Source: Mytilus californianus
Lineage: Eukaryota
Reading direction: 5' to 3'
DNA: 64,000 nucleotides
Assembly: GCF_021869535.1 (NCBI RefSeq)
Contig: NW_026262690.1
Coordinates: 24,800,001-24,864,000 of the forward strand
In this document: one piece after another, positions 25,210 through 39,300 of the stretch
How positions within the stretch are numbered: the stretch's first letter is position 1
Layout: each line of letters opens with the position of its first letter
Notes under the pieces: generated by a model
Seen by the model: only the letters and a program-made list of their open reading frames with translations
Databases searched by the model: none
Told to the model about the DNA's origin: nothing
Translations under genes and position numbers: made by a program

Positions 25210-26009
25210 TTTATGTATGATAATTCCCGGTGAAGGTAAACCCAGAAAAGCGCTTCCGACACATGAATTTCAAAAGTTTTTTTGTCCTTTTTCTTTCATG
25301 TTGACTTAGAAGAAAGAGTCATGGTTGTTATTAGAAATTTATTTTAATTCAATAAAGTGTTCTCGTTTTTATGTGACACAATCATGGTGGCGAAATATTT
25401 GAGTCATCAAAACTCTCCAAGAAATACAAATTCTACAATCGAAATAGGAAAATGGTTATAAAAATTTCTTCCAGCCCGGATACATGAGGTGGGAATCATA
25501 AAGCACCAACACTAAACTGTTATGTTGATAAAGCGCAAATGTCCTGTAGAAAAAGCGCAGGTGTCCCTTTTTGAAAAACGCAAATGTCCTAAAAATTGAA
25601 GCTCAAATTTCTATTTAGAAAAGCGCAAATGTCTTATAAAAAAGCGCTGACGAGACGATTTATTTTCGCTATCCTGTTGATATTTTATCAACAACAAAAA
25701 CAAAAGAATTTACATTGTTAAAACTTTGACACAATAATTAACAAATAATCAGAGTATGCTTATGTAAACCACATAAGCGATTTAGAACAGTATGTAAACA
25801 AGTACTTCAATCATCAACCAGGAGTAATTGATTGTTGTTTGTTTAACATTCAGTTATTTAGTTTAGTATAGTCATATCCCGGACGTAAATAAATATAACA
25901 ATATAAAGGTAGATTCTGCAGATTAGAAGAAATTGGTATTTTTTTTCGATCTAATTTGGCCATAAAGTTCATAGCGTGTTAAAAATATTTATCATCTCTG
26001 GTATTCATT

Positions 26010-26290
26010 TTGCTGGCTTGAGCGTCCTTGATGAAGTTAAATCTAGAAAAGCACACTTGACGAACGCAATTTAATAAGCGTTATATTCATTTACTATAGC
26101 ACTATGTTGCAATCGCTGCTGATGGACTGCTAGTCCTCGAGGTTATTATGAGCTCAGTAGTCAATGCTTCAGTGTTGACATAATTTATAACTTATTTTGA
26201 TTTTATTCTCAGTTTATAAATAATCCAAAGTTCTAACTCCCTCAGACAAAGCTGCCCTAAGATTGAATTGGCTATTCTTTTTCGGTCTTC
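26010..26290 (+). repeat. Degenerate retrozyme-like repeat with a hammerhead remnant
   Basis: GAGCGTCCTTGATGAAGTTAAATCTAGAAAAGCAC resembles CTGATGA-stemII-GAAAAGCGCTTC. The body matches the reverse complements of 44975-45192 and 51040-51120. Another remnant lies at 25222-25260. Confidence 0.6.
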
Positions 26291-26596
26291 TATCTATTCT
26301 AGTTTTTGGAATAATAGGCAGAAACACGTACATAGTGATATTCATTTTCGTCTGTTGCTAATCAGGCATAATTATTTTCGAATTTTTACACATTTATGTG
26401 GGCATTTTGGGTGGCAGAATATTCATGTTCATTCTGTCTTGGGCAGATAATTTATTTTTTTAATTTCTTACCAGGCAGCATATTCTTTTCCAAAATACCC
26501 CTTGAAAAACTAATTACCACATTGTTTGTTTTTTTAATTTATTTATGAATTTTTTATTCTCATTATCATTTCTTTTTAAAAGTAATCTTATTTCAG

Positions 26597-26736
26597 GTTT
26601 CATTTTTATTGGTTGCTATTGGAATGACGATAATAACACTTTGAGTGATTATTATCCACCTGTTCCAACGACAATACAGTGCTTCCTTCAATGCATCAGT
26701 GCTAATAAAGGATACACATATGCTGGTACACAGATG
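26597..26736 (+). CDS. Gene 1 exon 2: WSC (carbohydrate-binding) domain, N-terminal half
   Basis: Acceptor TTATTTCAG|, peptide FIFIGCYWNDDNNTL...TTIQCFLQCISANKGYTYAGTQM (GCY, C..C, YAGTQ motifs), phase-0 donor ATG|GTAAGA. Confidence 0.85.
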
Positions 26737-27663
26737 GTAAGATAATGCAAAGCTAGTGTGTATAATACATAAAAGTGATGACAGGAATGACAAAAAAACC
26801 GCACAGTACAACAGACCACATCAGCCATCAACACCTGAATCCTCCAAAAAATCCAACAGACATACAAACAACAACGGACATCCATGGTTCAAGTAGCCTT
26901 ACTTAGTACAGGCACAAACTATGGTGGGATTAAACAAGTTTTACGTGCGAAAAAATCTCCCCCTGTGTCAATTCAGACCATATGTCGAAAAAAAAACATA
27001 CAAAAAAACGACACCGTGCAGTTACTAATAGGATGACCACTATCAAGAACAAGGAAATAAAAAATATAATTTGTAAAGCAGGGTCAAAATGTACTCGTCA
27101 ATTAGGAGGCTAGCAAATTCAGCAACAGCTGTAAGTTAGATATTGCCGCTCAAGAAAAAACAAAATGAAAATGAAAGAAATTTTGCTTCGAAGGACATTG
27201 CTTAGTAAAATCACTTCATTTGTATCTGAACAATACGTAGATCACATGCATGATATTACATGAAGAGTTTTGTTAAGAATGTCTCTTTTATTTATTTTTT
27301 TTTGGAAAAAGTATTCAAAATTTGTCAACACCATCAAAATTGTTACCTGACAGTTGCATGATAAATAGTTCCAAACCCGAGGTCGATTTATTTCCAGCGT
27401 AGTATTTAGCGTTTTTTGTGCTGGCATGACACATCATTCATACGTTATTTTTCTATACATTTACTGTTTATACAATGCTAAAATTGTTCGAAACAGTATA
27501 GTTTTTATACCTCCTAGCAAAGATAGCTTTAGCCAGATTTATTTTTTTTTATCTTCAATGCTCTTCAACTTCGTTATTGATTTTGTTTCTGTAAATCAAC
27601 TGTTCAGCTAACACCACCGATGAATCTTGTATTGATAAATCGAGTCTGTTGTGCAATATATAA

Positions 27664-27767
27664 ATAACACATAGCTAAGAGGGTAATAGAGTAGATTGTT
27701 AACCCGAGAAAACATTGTCAACTGAAGGGTAACAATCTGCTCTATCACCCTCTTAGATATGTGTTAT
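27664..27767. repeat. Hairpin/MITE-like inverted repeat in gene 1 intron 2
   Basis: ~41-bp near-perfect inverted arms ATAACACATA.CTAAGAGGGT.ATAGAG.AGATTGTTA.CCC. Confidence 0.8.
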
Positions 27768-28307
27768 TTAATTTAGTATACTGAATGACTGAATGTTCTG
27801 TCTTAGTAAACAGTTACATATACCTCAGATATACATTGATTAATACAGCATAAAGAAACGGTTAAATTGTCAGCTACTAGTTAATTTTCTAGCCCACTTA
27901 TTTATTTGAAATGTTGTTAGTAATTTGTTTACTTATTACTGGTTCCAGTGTCATTGTATCTGAAATAAATTGTAGACAAGTAAACACTCATTGCAAAACA
28001 TCAAATATAGTAGTCAATTTATAAAGGGAACATTACTATATACGAATGTCAAGAATAAAGGATTGAACAAAAATAATTAGTCCTGTTTTATAAGCTTTTG
28101 ATTTAACTTATCTGACGAGACATAGATATTACTTAGCTAGTCAATTATATTAGTATCTATTGTCACTTAACAAGTTGGTTCTGACTTTTTTATAGACTAA
28201 GTGTTGTTTCTGGATTTCTTCCGATTTATCTTACTTATAAATGTTAAAATATAAGATTAGTGTAGAGTGACTTCTATTTTATTTTCTCCTTTCTTATATA
28301 TTTGCAG

Positions 28308-28443
28308 GTCCCACTTACATGTGTCTGTGGTAAAAGCATTGTTAATCAAAGAATTCAATCAAGCATCGATTGTAACATGCCATGTCCTACAATGTCAGGT
28401 GACATTTGTGGGGGTCACTTTAGATTGGCTGTGTATAATATTA
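28308..28443 (+). CDS. Gene 1 exon 3: WSC domain, C-terminal half (not in the ORF track in this frame)
   Basis: Polypyrimidine tract plus TTTGCAG|; phase-0 peptide VPLTCVCGKSIVNQRIQSSIDCNMPCPTMSGDICGGHFRLAVYNI (C.CG, C...C, CGG...VY); phase-1 donor A|GTAGGT. Confidence 0.85.
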
Positions 28444-29093
28444 GTAGGTATTGACATATTTAAATGTATATTTTTGTACTTATTGATCATGATACATGCA
28501 ATGCAAAATTGTAAATCTTGCATTGTGACTAAATAATACCTTTTACAATTTTTATGCTTGGTTTTCCTACCGGAAATTTACTTGATTAATCTAGATCTTA
28601 GCCATACATACATCCGGGTACTCTTTATCTTGACACGACAAACAAGAAAATATATGGTTGAGGTTTGGGTATCACAAGCATCTCCAAGACATATGAACAT
28701 TTTCAAATAGCACGGATGGGGATGGCACCAGGGGACAAACTACATATCATTCAACTGATCTTGATATGAGAAACAAGACAAAATATCGTTTAAGGTGCGG
28801 ACCTTCACCATTTTCAAGTTATTTAAAAATTTTCAAATGACAGGGGTGCACGACCCTTCATGTAAAACATATCATACAAATAGCGAGAAGCAAGAAATAG
28901 AAACAATAACACTTAACGCATAATAGCATTAAGACATATAGTGAACTTAAACAAATACAGTCAGTATAGTAAGAATCCAGATATGGTAACCTTTTCACAT
29001 CTTTGGTTTGGTACTTATGGATACTTGTTTCATTAACACTAATACCAAATTTCCTTATTTTGATATAGATTCTTAATCGACAACAAGAGTTAC

Positions 29094-29260
29094 AAAATTA
29101 TAAGGAAAAACTAAAAACAAAGACCAAATGAGAATATGAAAAAAGGCTGTTGCATCTGAAAGCTAGAAGCAAAGGCCAGTACAAATATATATATTATTCT
29201 GTCGCAGCAGCCTTTTTATATTCTCATTTTGTCTTTGTGTTGAATTTTCCTTATATTTTT
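29094..29260. repeat. Inverted repeat (MITE-like) in gene 1 intron 3
   Basis: ~58-bp imperfect inverted arms (AAAATTATAAGGAAAA...AAAGAC.AAATGAGAATAT.AAAAAGGCTG.TGC). Confidence 0.75.
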
Positions 29261-29909
29261 TTTATTTTTTTTACATGTACCTGTCTTCTTGTTGATTAAC
29301 AATATTTAGCTTCTTTAACATACAAGTAGTTCCATGAATAAGAGAAGATATTATTGGTTTTTTTTTAGTGAAAAAAAATCCATTAAAAGTACGTAATGTA
29401 TACATTTTAGTTCAGTGGACATATTTTATTCTTTAGAAAAATGTGTGAAATACGTTTTAACAAAAACAACGAACAATATAATGTTCAGATAGCTTGACTT
29501 TGTACAAGTACGACATTTAGTAAGATATAAACCGTGTACCTGTACACGAACCTCTCCTTAAATCGAATTAAAAACTTGCACAGCCCAGCTACAAACAAGA
29601 TTACTTAGGACCACTAATTGAAGGGGAAAAAACAATGGATAGTACATAATATGGAAAACAAGATCAAAATGTGCTCATTACTACAGGAAGCAAGGTACAT
29701 TTGGGATCAGTTTTAACCTCTCATAAATTCGACTAGGAAAAAGGTACAACTATATGTGAAACATGAACGACTTTCTAATATATTTTCCCTGATCGGGTCC
29801 AAATTAGTATACCTGGATAGTTCTTACATAGAACTTTTCCAAAACGTACTGTTCTAGAATAGTTCTTTATTTTATATAGGATACTGCACGTACTATTTTA
29901 TCTTTACAG

Positions 29910-30301
29910 CTGACGAATCAATACCGATAATTATATCACAAAAAGGAACTACAACTTTACCAACATCTCCGAAACAGGCAGACAATCTTGATTGTATGTG
30001 CCCGTGTAGTTTTACGAGCGGTAAATGGGATTTTTTGAAAGAAATCAATACAACTAAAGACCAACTTATTGATATCTTAAAATCAGATGTGAATGAACTT
30101 CAACAAAACTTAACTATCGATGTTAAAGCTACATCAGCGTATAAAAACACAAAAAGGTCTGCTTCAGATCGTCGCACATCATCTATGTTGATGGGTCTTG
30201 TTGGTGGAATCATTATTTGCATTCCCATAGTACTGATAATTTGGTCCGATATAATGCATATTTTAAACAGCCTCAAAACCAAGACCCGGCCCTTGACTTA
30301 G
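29910..30301 (+). CDS. Gene 1 last exon: Thr/Pro linker, CxCPC, coiled-coil, TM helix, short tail
   Basis: Acceptor TCTTTACAG| in phase 1. The four exons total 729 nt = 242 aa plus stop, with all phases consistent. TM segment MLMGLVGGIIICIPIVLIIW. Confidence 0.85.
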
Positions 30302-32029
30302 TGATGTGAACTGTTTCATCGACAGAAAACATACTTGAACTTCCGAGAATTAAAGGATGGTGTAAAAAAAGACTGGTTTATTGACAAAATTCTGGTGTAT
30401 CACTCATGTTAACAAAGAAGTCATATTAGGTTAGGTGCATTTCTGAAAAAAAAACAACATATGTAAACAATCTTAAGAGCATATACTTGTATCTATTACC
30501 TTCTTAAATATTCTAGCTCTGATTCAGCTCTTTAAATCTCAAAGATATGTTACTAATATACGGTTGACTAGTTATGGGCTTTTACAATCCGGCAGTTAAA
30601 TCTATGCGTAGGAAATGCGTCAATTTGAATGTACAGCATGAAAAGATAAGCAGTCAAACCTGGTCGCGGTAGGGAAGTTGAAGGTCGATGCTTTGTGTAA
30701 GTGGATTGCGACAAGGATTTCCAAACTTACCCTTTTTTAATTGCCAGTCAAGTCTACTATTCTACATCGTGTATTACCTAATTTTCAGAATCTTCCAATT
30801 GAATGTATTGTTAATTTGTTTTTGTCCTGATTATACATCGAATATTTGCCACTGGACGTAAAGTAAAGAATCATAAACCCAACAAATGATTTTTGGTTGT
30901 TACAGTATCATCATCGGGAAAATTCCATATTGAAAGGAAGTTTGAAATCAATGTGAACCGATGGTGATATGCAAAGTTCTATTTTTATTTTACTTCTCGT
31001 ATAGTGACCATAAAACTTTCATTAAATTATCAAGACAAATATAGCATATAACGTCGGTCGCGGGGATGTTCGCTGTAAGTATAGAAAATCAAAAGTATCG
31101 GGAACAAAAAGAATGTGTCCAAAAGATTAATAAAAACCCGCTTCACTGCTACATATTATTATTATGTTCAATAATCTAGAGGGAAACGTGATGAAAATAT
31201 TTGTTGGACGAACAAACAAGTTGAATGCATAAATTGGAGTATGAAAATACCGTAGTTAAATGGGTGTGAAAATTACCTTAGTTATCCTAATAGTGATGAC
31301 ATATTGAAATAATTTAAAATCTTCATTTTATTTTGGAGTTTCTAAAACCTGTTTGTTAAAAATTGTCAAATACTAAGGACAATGCAATACACATGTTTAA
31401 TCTTCTTATTTTATCATGACATTATATTTAACGCACAATATAAACCTATCACATTATCACATGTACAGCTTTTAATTATCCAAAATGCAAGTAATCGGAA
31501 TTACTGACAATATAGAACAATCTTATCAAATGATTATACGTCTTTAGTGAACTAAAATAAAAATCACAATTGCACAGATATATCTTGACGAAAGAAAATG
31601 TTGAAGTTATCTCTTCTCGTTGTTTTTTTTTTTTTTTTGTGTAACTAATGATGTTTCTTATTACCTGTCAGACATTGAATTCGTTTTATTCTCGACGTAT
31701 GCATGCGTTCTTTCTTTTTTACAACGGTTGGAAAGTTATGTTATGCATCAACTCACAAGCGACATGCATATTTGTTTTCGCGGTCTTGAACGTTAGATAC
31801 CAGTATAGTCGTCTGATCTATAATGTTACCGATTGATACCAGTATAGTCGTCTGATCTATTGATACCAGAATAGTCGTCTGATCTATAATGTTACCGATT
31901 GTGTCCTTCTCCCGATTATGACAACAGACTTAGCTTGAATTCGCATAATAGAGATTTCCAATAAAATGACATTACTAGACATAACCAACCTATCGGAACG
32001 TATCTCGGCTTATTGCATTGAAGCATGAC

Positions 32030-32188
32030 CAGTGGCGGAACTTTTCATAAGGGGGGCCCGCTGACTGACCTAAGGGGGGCCCGCTCCAGTCATGCTTCAG
32101 TGATTCCCTATATAATCAACCAAATTTTTCCCACGAAAGGGGGGGGGGGGCCCGGGCCCCCCAGCCCCCCCCCCTGGATCCGCCTATG
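32030..32188. mobile_element. GC-rich MITE-like element
   Basis: Ends CAGTGGCGGA... and ...GGATCCGCCTATG are imperfect inverted repeats; G/C homopolymer runs inside. Confidence 0.55.
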
Positions 32189-35100
32189 ATGACGGAGGGG
32201 AGCAAAGACTGCATGGATATTCGGCTCGTTGAATATACATACTTTGTTGGAAAAGATGCAATTAAAAAATTATCCCAATCTGCTATTTAGTTCTGTATAT
32301 ATTTTGTTATTTAACTCTGGATAATTTTATTGACAACAACTTTTGAGGGAATCCAGCAACCGGTAATCAAATGCACCGATCATTGCTTCGTCATTTCACT
32401 TGACCTATATATTTATTTCTCAAAGGGTGAATTTTTAAAACGACTAAATCAAAATTGAGCTTGAAAAAATAAAAATAATGAAATCTGAAGCGAGATGATA
32501 TTCTTGTTTTGATTTATAAGTTATACGGTTTAATCAGGAGTTTCAAACACGCTGGAATGTAAAAGGTGTACACGACTTTCTTTTTTAAACATACTTCTAT
32601 AATTCATTCAAGATACATTTGTCAGAGGTAGATATTGAGATCACTGATGCACCTAGTACACAATAATTTTTCATCTTTCCGTAGAATATTTTCAAATGGA
32701 ATTTAGTAGGATTGCATCTGCAAGAAAAAACAAGATTACACTTTCGTAAATTTAATCAGTTACCTTTTTAATTCTTGTCTTTATTATAATGATACATGTG
32801 TTCTAGGAAGAGTCTGTACAAATGTATGCGTTTAACGTCATTGCTCAGAAATTGTTTTTGTGAAATGTTTGGCGTTTAACTTATGCAAATACGTATGAAA
32901 AACGGACATGCATGGAATATTTGATTGCAGTATTGTTAAGAAGGACGATCCTTTTCGCTTTATGACCAACTTATGATACCAAAGAAATATTATGTTTTCC
33001 GGTCTGTGCATTCCAAATATAAAACCTTTAAAATTATATACCAAGTTAGAGTTTGACCCGGATTTAGTCCTCTAATGAGGCAAACGATTTGAATCTTGTC
33101 AGTCAAAGCCTCAACTTGGTTAAAAGACCGAAATGTCAATAGGGAGTTGACGGTTTATAGCAAATCAGAATCGCAAAATAGGTTTCAGAGTTTATAAATG
33201 CAAAAAAAACGAATTTTAAACAGGTTTGATTGATTGATAGATTGCTTGTATGACATCAAGTGACAAATGTATGTTCAGGACAAATAAAAACAAAACAATT
33301 CAATAATATGTAGACTGGGTCGACCAGGATAACATTATGAATTTCAACGCAACTGGAAAATGATAGCATGTTAAAAAGGGGTAGACATTTAGTCTTGTAA
33401 CAGCCCCCCTATGTATCCCTGTTTTATTTGTTCTGTAACGTGAAAAGCTAATGATTGCACTTTCCCTATATTTGATTGAACGTCCCCATTCAGACTGAGC
33501 GGGGCTGCGTATTAATACATCCAAGACAAGCAAACGGACCACCCTTTTTAAGCATGTGTTATACTGTTGAATAGGGTCTTGTATAGAATAAATTCGGGTA
33601 CATCCAGCAACGCTAAACGAACCACTCACTTCCCAAATGGGGGTAGTTTAGGCGACCATACTCTTGATTGGGCACACACTGGCACAAAGATCCTGTCTTT
33701 GAAAAATCCAGATTGTGGAATTTTATCATGAAATAATAATATATTTTCATGAGCGCATTAAATCCATACATTTCAATGAAACTGCTGGTTAATAGTTCAA
33801 TTCTCAGTATTCAGTTACAGACGGGTCCTGATCAAAACACTTTTTTTTTTTACTGAAATCTTATAATATAAGGGATATAAAATATTTTGCCTGGAAATGT
33901 CTTTTGTAGTTGGACTCGTATAGCATTCCCGTTTAACAAAACTACACAGAACAATCCTTAATCGAGCACACCTTTTAACATACAACCTATATAGGGAGTT
34001 TTCTCTATACGCATACAAGATAACTCAAATCGATCGTGCGATAGGTAAGGGATACGTGTATACGTGATCTTATGTCAGTGAAAATTAAGGCGGGAATCTA
34101 GAGAACCACGACAAAATGCATGATTCCTCCAATTTTTCACCATGTTAAAATTATTTAATATAAGCGAAAAATCCAGAATATGATTTTAAGAGTCTTTGAA
34201 TACTTTGTTTAAACTTGAGCGACGTATTTTATCAAGTTCAATGTTGGCAATAACCAGTCCCATTAGGTCCGTACGTCGAGTTAAGTACGTATTTCATTTT
34301 ATTGGAAATCTCTACTGGGCGATGCTTGCATAGCAGGAGAGAAATTTACCTTGTTGACGCACCCGGTTTCGTTTCTTATGAGATTTGATGCGATTCTCTT
34401 AGGTTCTGTTTGTAAACTCGATTAGTATTTTCTAAATCGATTTATGAGAGTAACGACATCGGTAAACTATTGCTGCCTACATTTGGTTGCCCTTTAGTAT
34501 CGTCTGTCTTTTTATACTTAACGTATAATGCATTTGTAATAAGCGATTGAAAAATAGCTAAAATATGGTTATCTTCCTTTTACCAGAAAAAAGCTCCGAC
34601 TTGAAAAAAAAACCTTTCATACAAAACATTTACATATGCATTATTTACAGTACATACCATCTACAAATTCAAACTTTCCCTTGTACGCGTGTTTATTGTG
34701 CGTTATGCGTGCGTGTTCCGTTCATTAATCGTCAATTCAACGTGCGTGCATTCATCATTCCGTGTGTTTTCCGTGTAACGTGTGGTGATCGTGCATTCAG
34801 CTTTTATCGGGTAACATTCATTCTGCTTATAATTTATTTTGTAATGTTTTTGATTATTATCAGTTTTGTACCACCACTACTTACTTATAAGTAAAAATAG
34901 ATTGAGAGATATTCTAAGGGTATTTCTTATCTTTGTTATTAGAATATGCCGATTTTAAGAAAATTTGAATTATATTGCTTAAATTACTTGTTTTAGTTGC
35001 ATTATATTTGAATCAGCAAATATCCAATCTCTACTGTATATTTGTGCTATAAACCTTACTTACTTAACTAGTTATTTACTATTGGAAGGGTTATTATTAC

Positions 35101-37396
35101 CCCACAAACTTTAGTTTTTAGTAACGGTGTTCTGATAAAATAGATATTAAAAAACTGGTTTTGAGATTCCTGTTTTCGTTTGATTAACGTACGACTTCTG
35201 TGTCATTTCTGCAACGATTTGAATAATTCGAATATGTGCACTTTGCCTATTTGGCAATTTCGTTTTCAACTTAAATTTTCTCATTTAGGTTTTGATGGCT
35301 ACCATTACTTATGTCCCTCAGATTTGGCCTCGTTTCCCACGGGTAACATTAGGACATTCTACGTAGAAGATACAATATGTAAAGTTGTAAATGGAACTGG
35401 ATTGCGGATTAAGATGCGGAAAGTCAAACTTAATTTCATTAATGAACTCGCACGTTAAAATGCGACTCGGCGTTCTGGCCTAGTACAAAATAGGCTTCAT
35501 ATTCGTAAAACATTAGTTGCTTGTTTTCTCTCTTGTAAACATGTGATATTTACCACTGGAAATTTCACAATTATCACCCGGATCATTATCATCTTTTCTA
35601 CAGACAAAATTGAATGCAGTTGTTAATTACTCTACACCTAAATTTTGTTTAACACTGGTTTACAAAACAACTTCCTTTTTCACAAATATCTTTTAGTTTA
35701 GTTTATATTATTTTTTAAGAAAAAGAGGCGGAAGATACCAAGGGAACATTCAAAACTCATAAGTTGAAGAGAAAATGACAACAACATGCCAAAAAAAAAA
35801 AAAAAAAAAAAAAAAAACGAAATGCAAAGAATAGACAAATATAGGCACTGAAATATCCCCATCCCACACAGATCCCTTTTTAAAGGGTGAAATTTTACAT
35901 ATGGGTTCATGAGATTCCAGACTCCAATTTAATATGAATTTAGGACATTGATTGGTCGGATAACACAAAATTTAATGTAGCATACAAGTACATTTTTTTA
36001 TTTTGAATTTATTTTTTTTTCAAAAACAATTTCTAAAAACAGACCAGTTATTGTTCAACACCCGAACTTTTTACTTTGTTCCAAATGTCCAAGAATTAAA
36101 AAAAGTAATTAACACGTCGGAATAAATCCGATGGTACCTTCACTTATAATTATACAATATGCTCTCTTAATTTTCAATGCCTATGAATTGCAATGTACAA
36201 TTTCGTAAATCGTCTAAATTGTGGTTGACCTTACATATTCCATCATTTTCTTCTTAAAAACTTCACATATTACCATCATATTTCTAAAGTACTCAACCAA
36301 AACACTTTTGTATCAATTGCTTGCATTATCTTCCTCGTCAATTCATTTGCTTTGTATATTTCTCGCAAAAATCTTTGGACACTTCTACGGTGGAAAATTA
36401 CAAGAAAAATAACTCCTTTTATAAAAATATGATTATACTAGATACGATAATTACGGAATCACCATGGGTGCATGAGTTGCGATCGTTCTAGATTTGTAGT
36501 TAAAGTAACAGTTTTTTGCTCGGGTGCAGGCTTACTTATTTGTTTTTTTGCGGGTTAGGTCTGTAAAGTATGTATGGTTCAATATAAATATTGTTGAACA
36601 ATTTGAGATATTTTAAAATGGGTTATATTCTGATGAAAGAATTTAAAAAAAGGAAATACTTTTTTCTTTCTTCCTTCTATTTTGGAAAGCATATTGAAAG
36701 TCTTGTCTCACAATCAGTGTTAATTTCAGTTGGACCCTAATCCTTTTTTCTTACCCTTTGACCTTAAATACTTCTTGCAATGAATACTTGCCATAATGTT
36801 GTTTGACTATGGTGGAGCAATCGATGACATATCCTTTTTCCATCGGTAAAAAGTTTGCTTAATCATAATTTTTGATCTATAAAATAAAAAGTTTTCAATT
36901 AGGTATCTATGTTAAAATTGTTTTTTAAAGTGTTGATTACCTGATGGAGTAAGTATAAATAGTGTAACAGCCTTCCAATCAAACCAAAAACAACATACAT
37001 GTGCTTTGAATGATTGTTTCTTATGTTAAATTTGTTTTTTAAAGTGTTGATTACGTGATGGAGTAAGTATAAATAGTGTAACAGCCTTCCAATCAAACCA
37101 AAAACAACATACATGTGCTTTGAATGTTTGTTTCTTTGTACCATGTACCATGTGACTTTACCGTTTTAAATATTAAAAGATACCAATTTGCAATAGAAAT
37201 GACCATCACTTTATAGTTTTGATTATTGATTTTATATCATTTTATAAGTAAACTTACTTATATTCATAATATAATATATTAATGATTTGGAAATGTTTTT
37301 TGATTCCTTAAAATACTTTTTTTAATTTTGTCTTTGATTGATTAAAAATTTCTATAACTTATAAAGGACTATAAGCAAGCTTTTCATGCTTTTAGC

Positions 37397-39300
37397 ATGG
37401 TGAGTTACATAACAAGACAAAGAGGCTCTGAAAATGTTAATCAAAATATACAGAATAAAATAATTATGTCAAAGTCAAAGAGGGTGCTCCATTTCATTCA
37501 TCGAATACAATTACAAAAAGAACTGCTCAATGTTTAAAGATAAGTGAAAGTTTTATCAACAAATTAATTAATAGGACAGGAGAAAATCAAGATTCAAATT
37601 CAAAAATTGCAGCCAGAAAGGATACGCTTGACCAGTTTGACAAAGATTTGATAAAAAACTACTGTTCATAAGTTATTTCGAAAAAAATGAATGTGTTTTT
37701 AGGTACTGATGCTGTTTATCATATTAATTACGTGTTATAGTGTTTATTTAATTTGTCTTTGTATACTTTTAACCTTCACTGTTTAGTCCATTTTTGGTAA
37801 TATCCTTTTGGTGTGGCTCGGTTTTTATACACCCGCAATTGTATTATTATGCTATGGTCATTTTTTGTATTCTTGTCTTTCATTTTTTCTTATGTATTTT
37901 GTCTAAAGAGTATCTATATGCCATTTTGTTTTTCTTTGTTGAAATAGTTATTATGTTTTTAGTGATTAAGATTATAACACAATTTTGACTGCTGTACCCT
38001 AATTTTTGACATTTCTACCTAATATGTCTGTTTGTTTTGTTCACACATTGTTGTCAATATAATGGAATTCTATGCGACTGTGAGAGGTTTAGCTAGCTAT
38101 AAAACAAGATGTAATCCACCATTTTCTACAGAAGGAAATGCCTGTACCAAGTCAGGAATATGACAGTTGTTTTGCGTTCGTTTGATGTGTTTGAGCTTTT
38201 GATTTTGCCATCTGATCAAGGACTCTCCGTTTTGAATTTTCCTTGGAGTTCGGTATTTTTGTTAATTTACTTTTTATCTTAAAAAAACCGAAAACATATT
38301 TTGGAGAAAGACCATGATATTGTTTTATCTAAATGCAAGCTATGGAAAACCTTACATTGATTAGGATTCATATATAAAAATGTTGCTAAAAAAGAAAAGA
38401 TCTTGTTGAAAAAAAAGACATCATAAATCAATGTTTCCAATTTTAAAAACAATTAAGAAAAAACGTGAAGAAGGTTACACACCTATTTGTTTGGATGATA
38501 CATGGGTGGACACCAATCATACTACATCACATCAATGGACCAGTTCTGAAGAGTCGAAAAATAGATAAAAATCTCTAGGTAAAGGACAGAGATTTGTTGT
38601 GTTACATGCAGGTTATGATAATTTTTTGTAAACGGATGCGATTTACTTTTTAAGGGTAAGAGCACATAAATGAATGGTAAAATATTTGAACAATAGGTTG
38701 AGAAACAATTAGTTGCCGCTTTGCCACCAAAAAGTATTATAGTCATGGACAATCCATCATACCACAGTATCCGTGTTGAGGAAACAAAACCTTCAACATC
38801 TAACTCGAGAAAAGACGATATGAAGGGTATTTTAAATAAATTTGGTTTCGGATTTGACAGCAAGTTTACAGAACCAAATTTATACCAAATAGTTAAATCT
38901 AAGAAAATTGACCCTGTATTTAAGGTAGATGAATTCCTCAAAAAGAAAGAACATGAAGTACTTAGACTCCCCCTTACCATTGTGATTTAAACCAAATTGA
39001 ACTTATATGGTGTGATATGAAGGGAAAATTGGTCAGGCAAATTCAACTTTTAAACGTAATGATGTTAAATCACTTATCCATAAAGGATTTAACAAATTGA
39101 TAGTGTTATGTGATTAAAATCTTGTGATCATGTTAACAAAAATTATTGAACCGAGATATTGGCAAAATGATGCAATCCAGGAGGGAATTTAAAAAATTGC
39201 TATACACATTCAATCTGATTCTGAATCGGAGAGTGAAAAAGATAATTCTAATGATGGAGATGAGACTGAAGATCATGAATGGCCATTAAAATATATTTGA
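37397..39300 (+). pseudogene. DDE transposase pseudogene (Sailor/DD82E-like), interrupted by a repeat insertion at about 37700-38277
   Basis: HTH-like KRTAQCLKISE; LGFIYK; CLDDTW (D at 38494); GKGQRFVVLHAG; SIIVMDN (D at 38748); VLRLP-YHCDLNQIELIW (E at 38999); acidic tail. Many stops and frameshifts. Confidence 0.85.
38078..38166 (+). ncRNA. Type-P5 twister ribozyme copy (family C), P5 shortened by deletion
   Basis: GAGGU 38084-38088, UAAUCCACC, P3 AUUUUC/GGAAAU, P4 CCUG/CAGG with loop UACCAAGU. Confidence 0.65.

Noticed and set aside
34680-35458. CpG-rich patch (about 14 CpG in 130 bp) plus a candidate exon GFDGYHYLCPSD...
   Set aside because: No recognisable domain or consistent exon chain; it could be transposon-internal sequence and cannot be supported without expression data.
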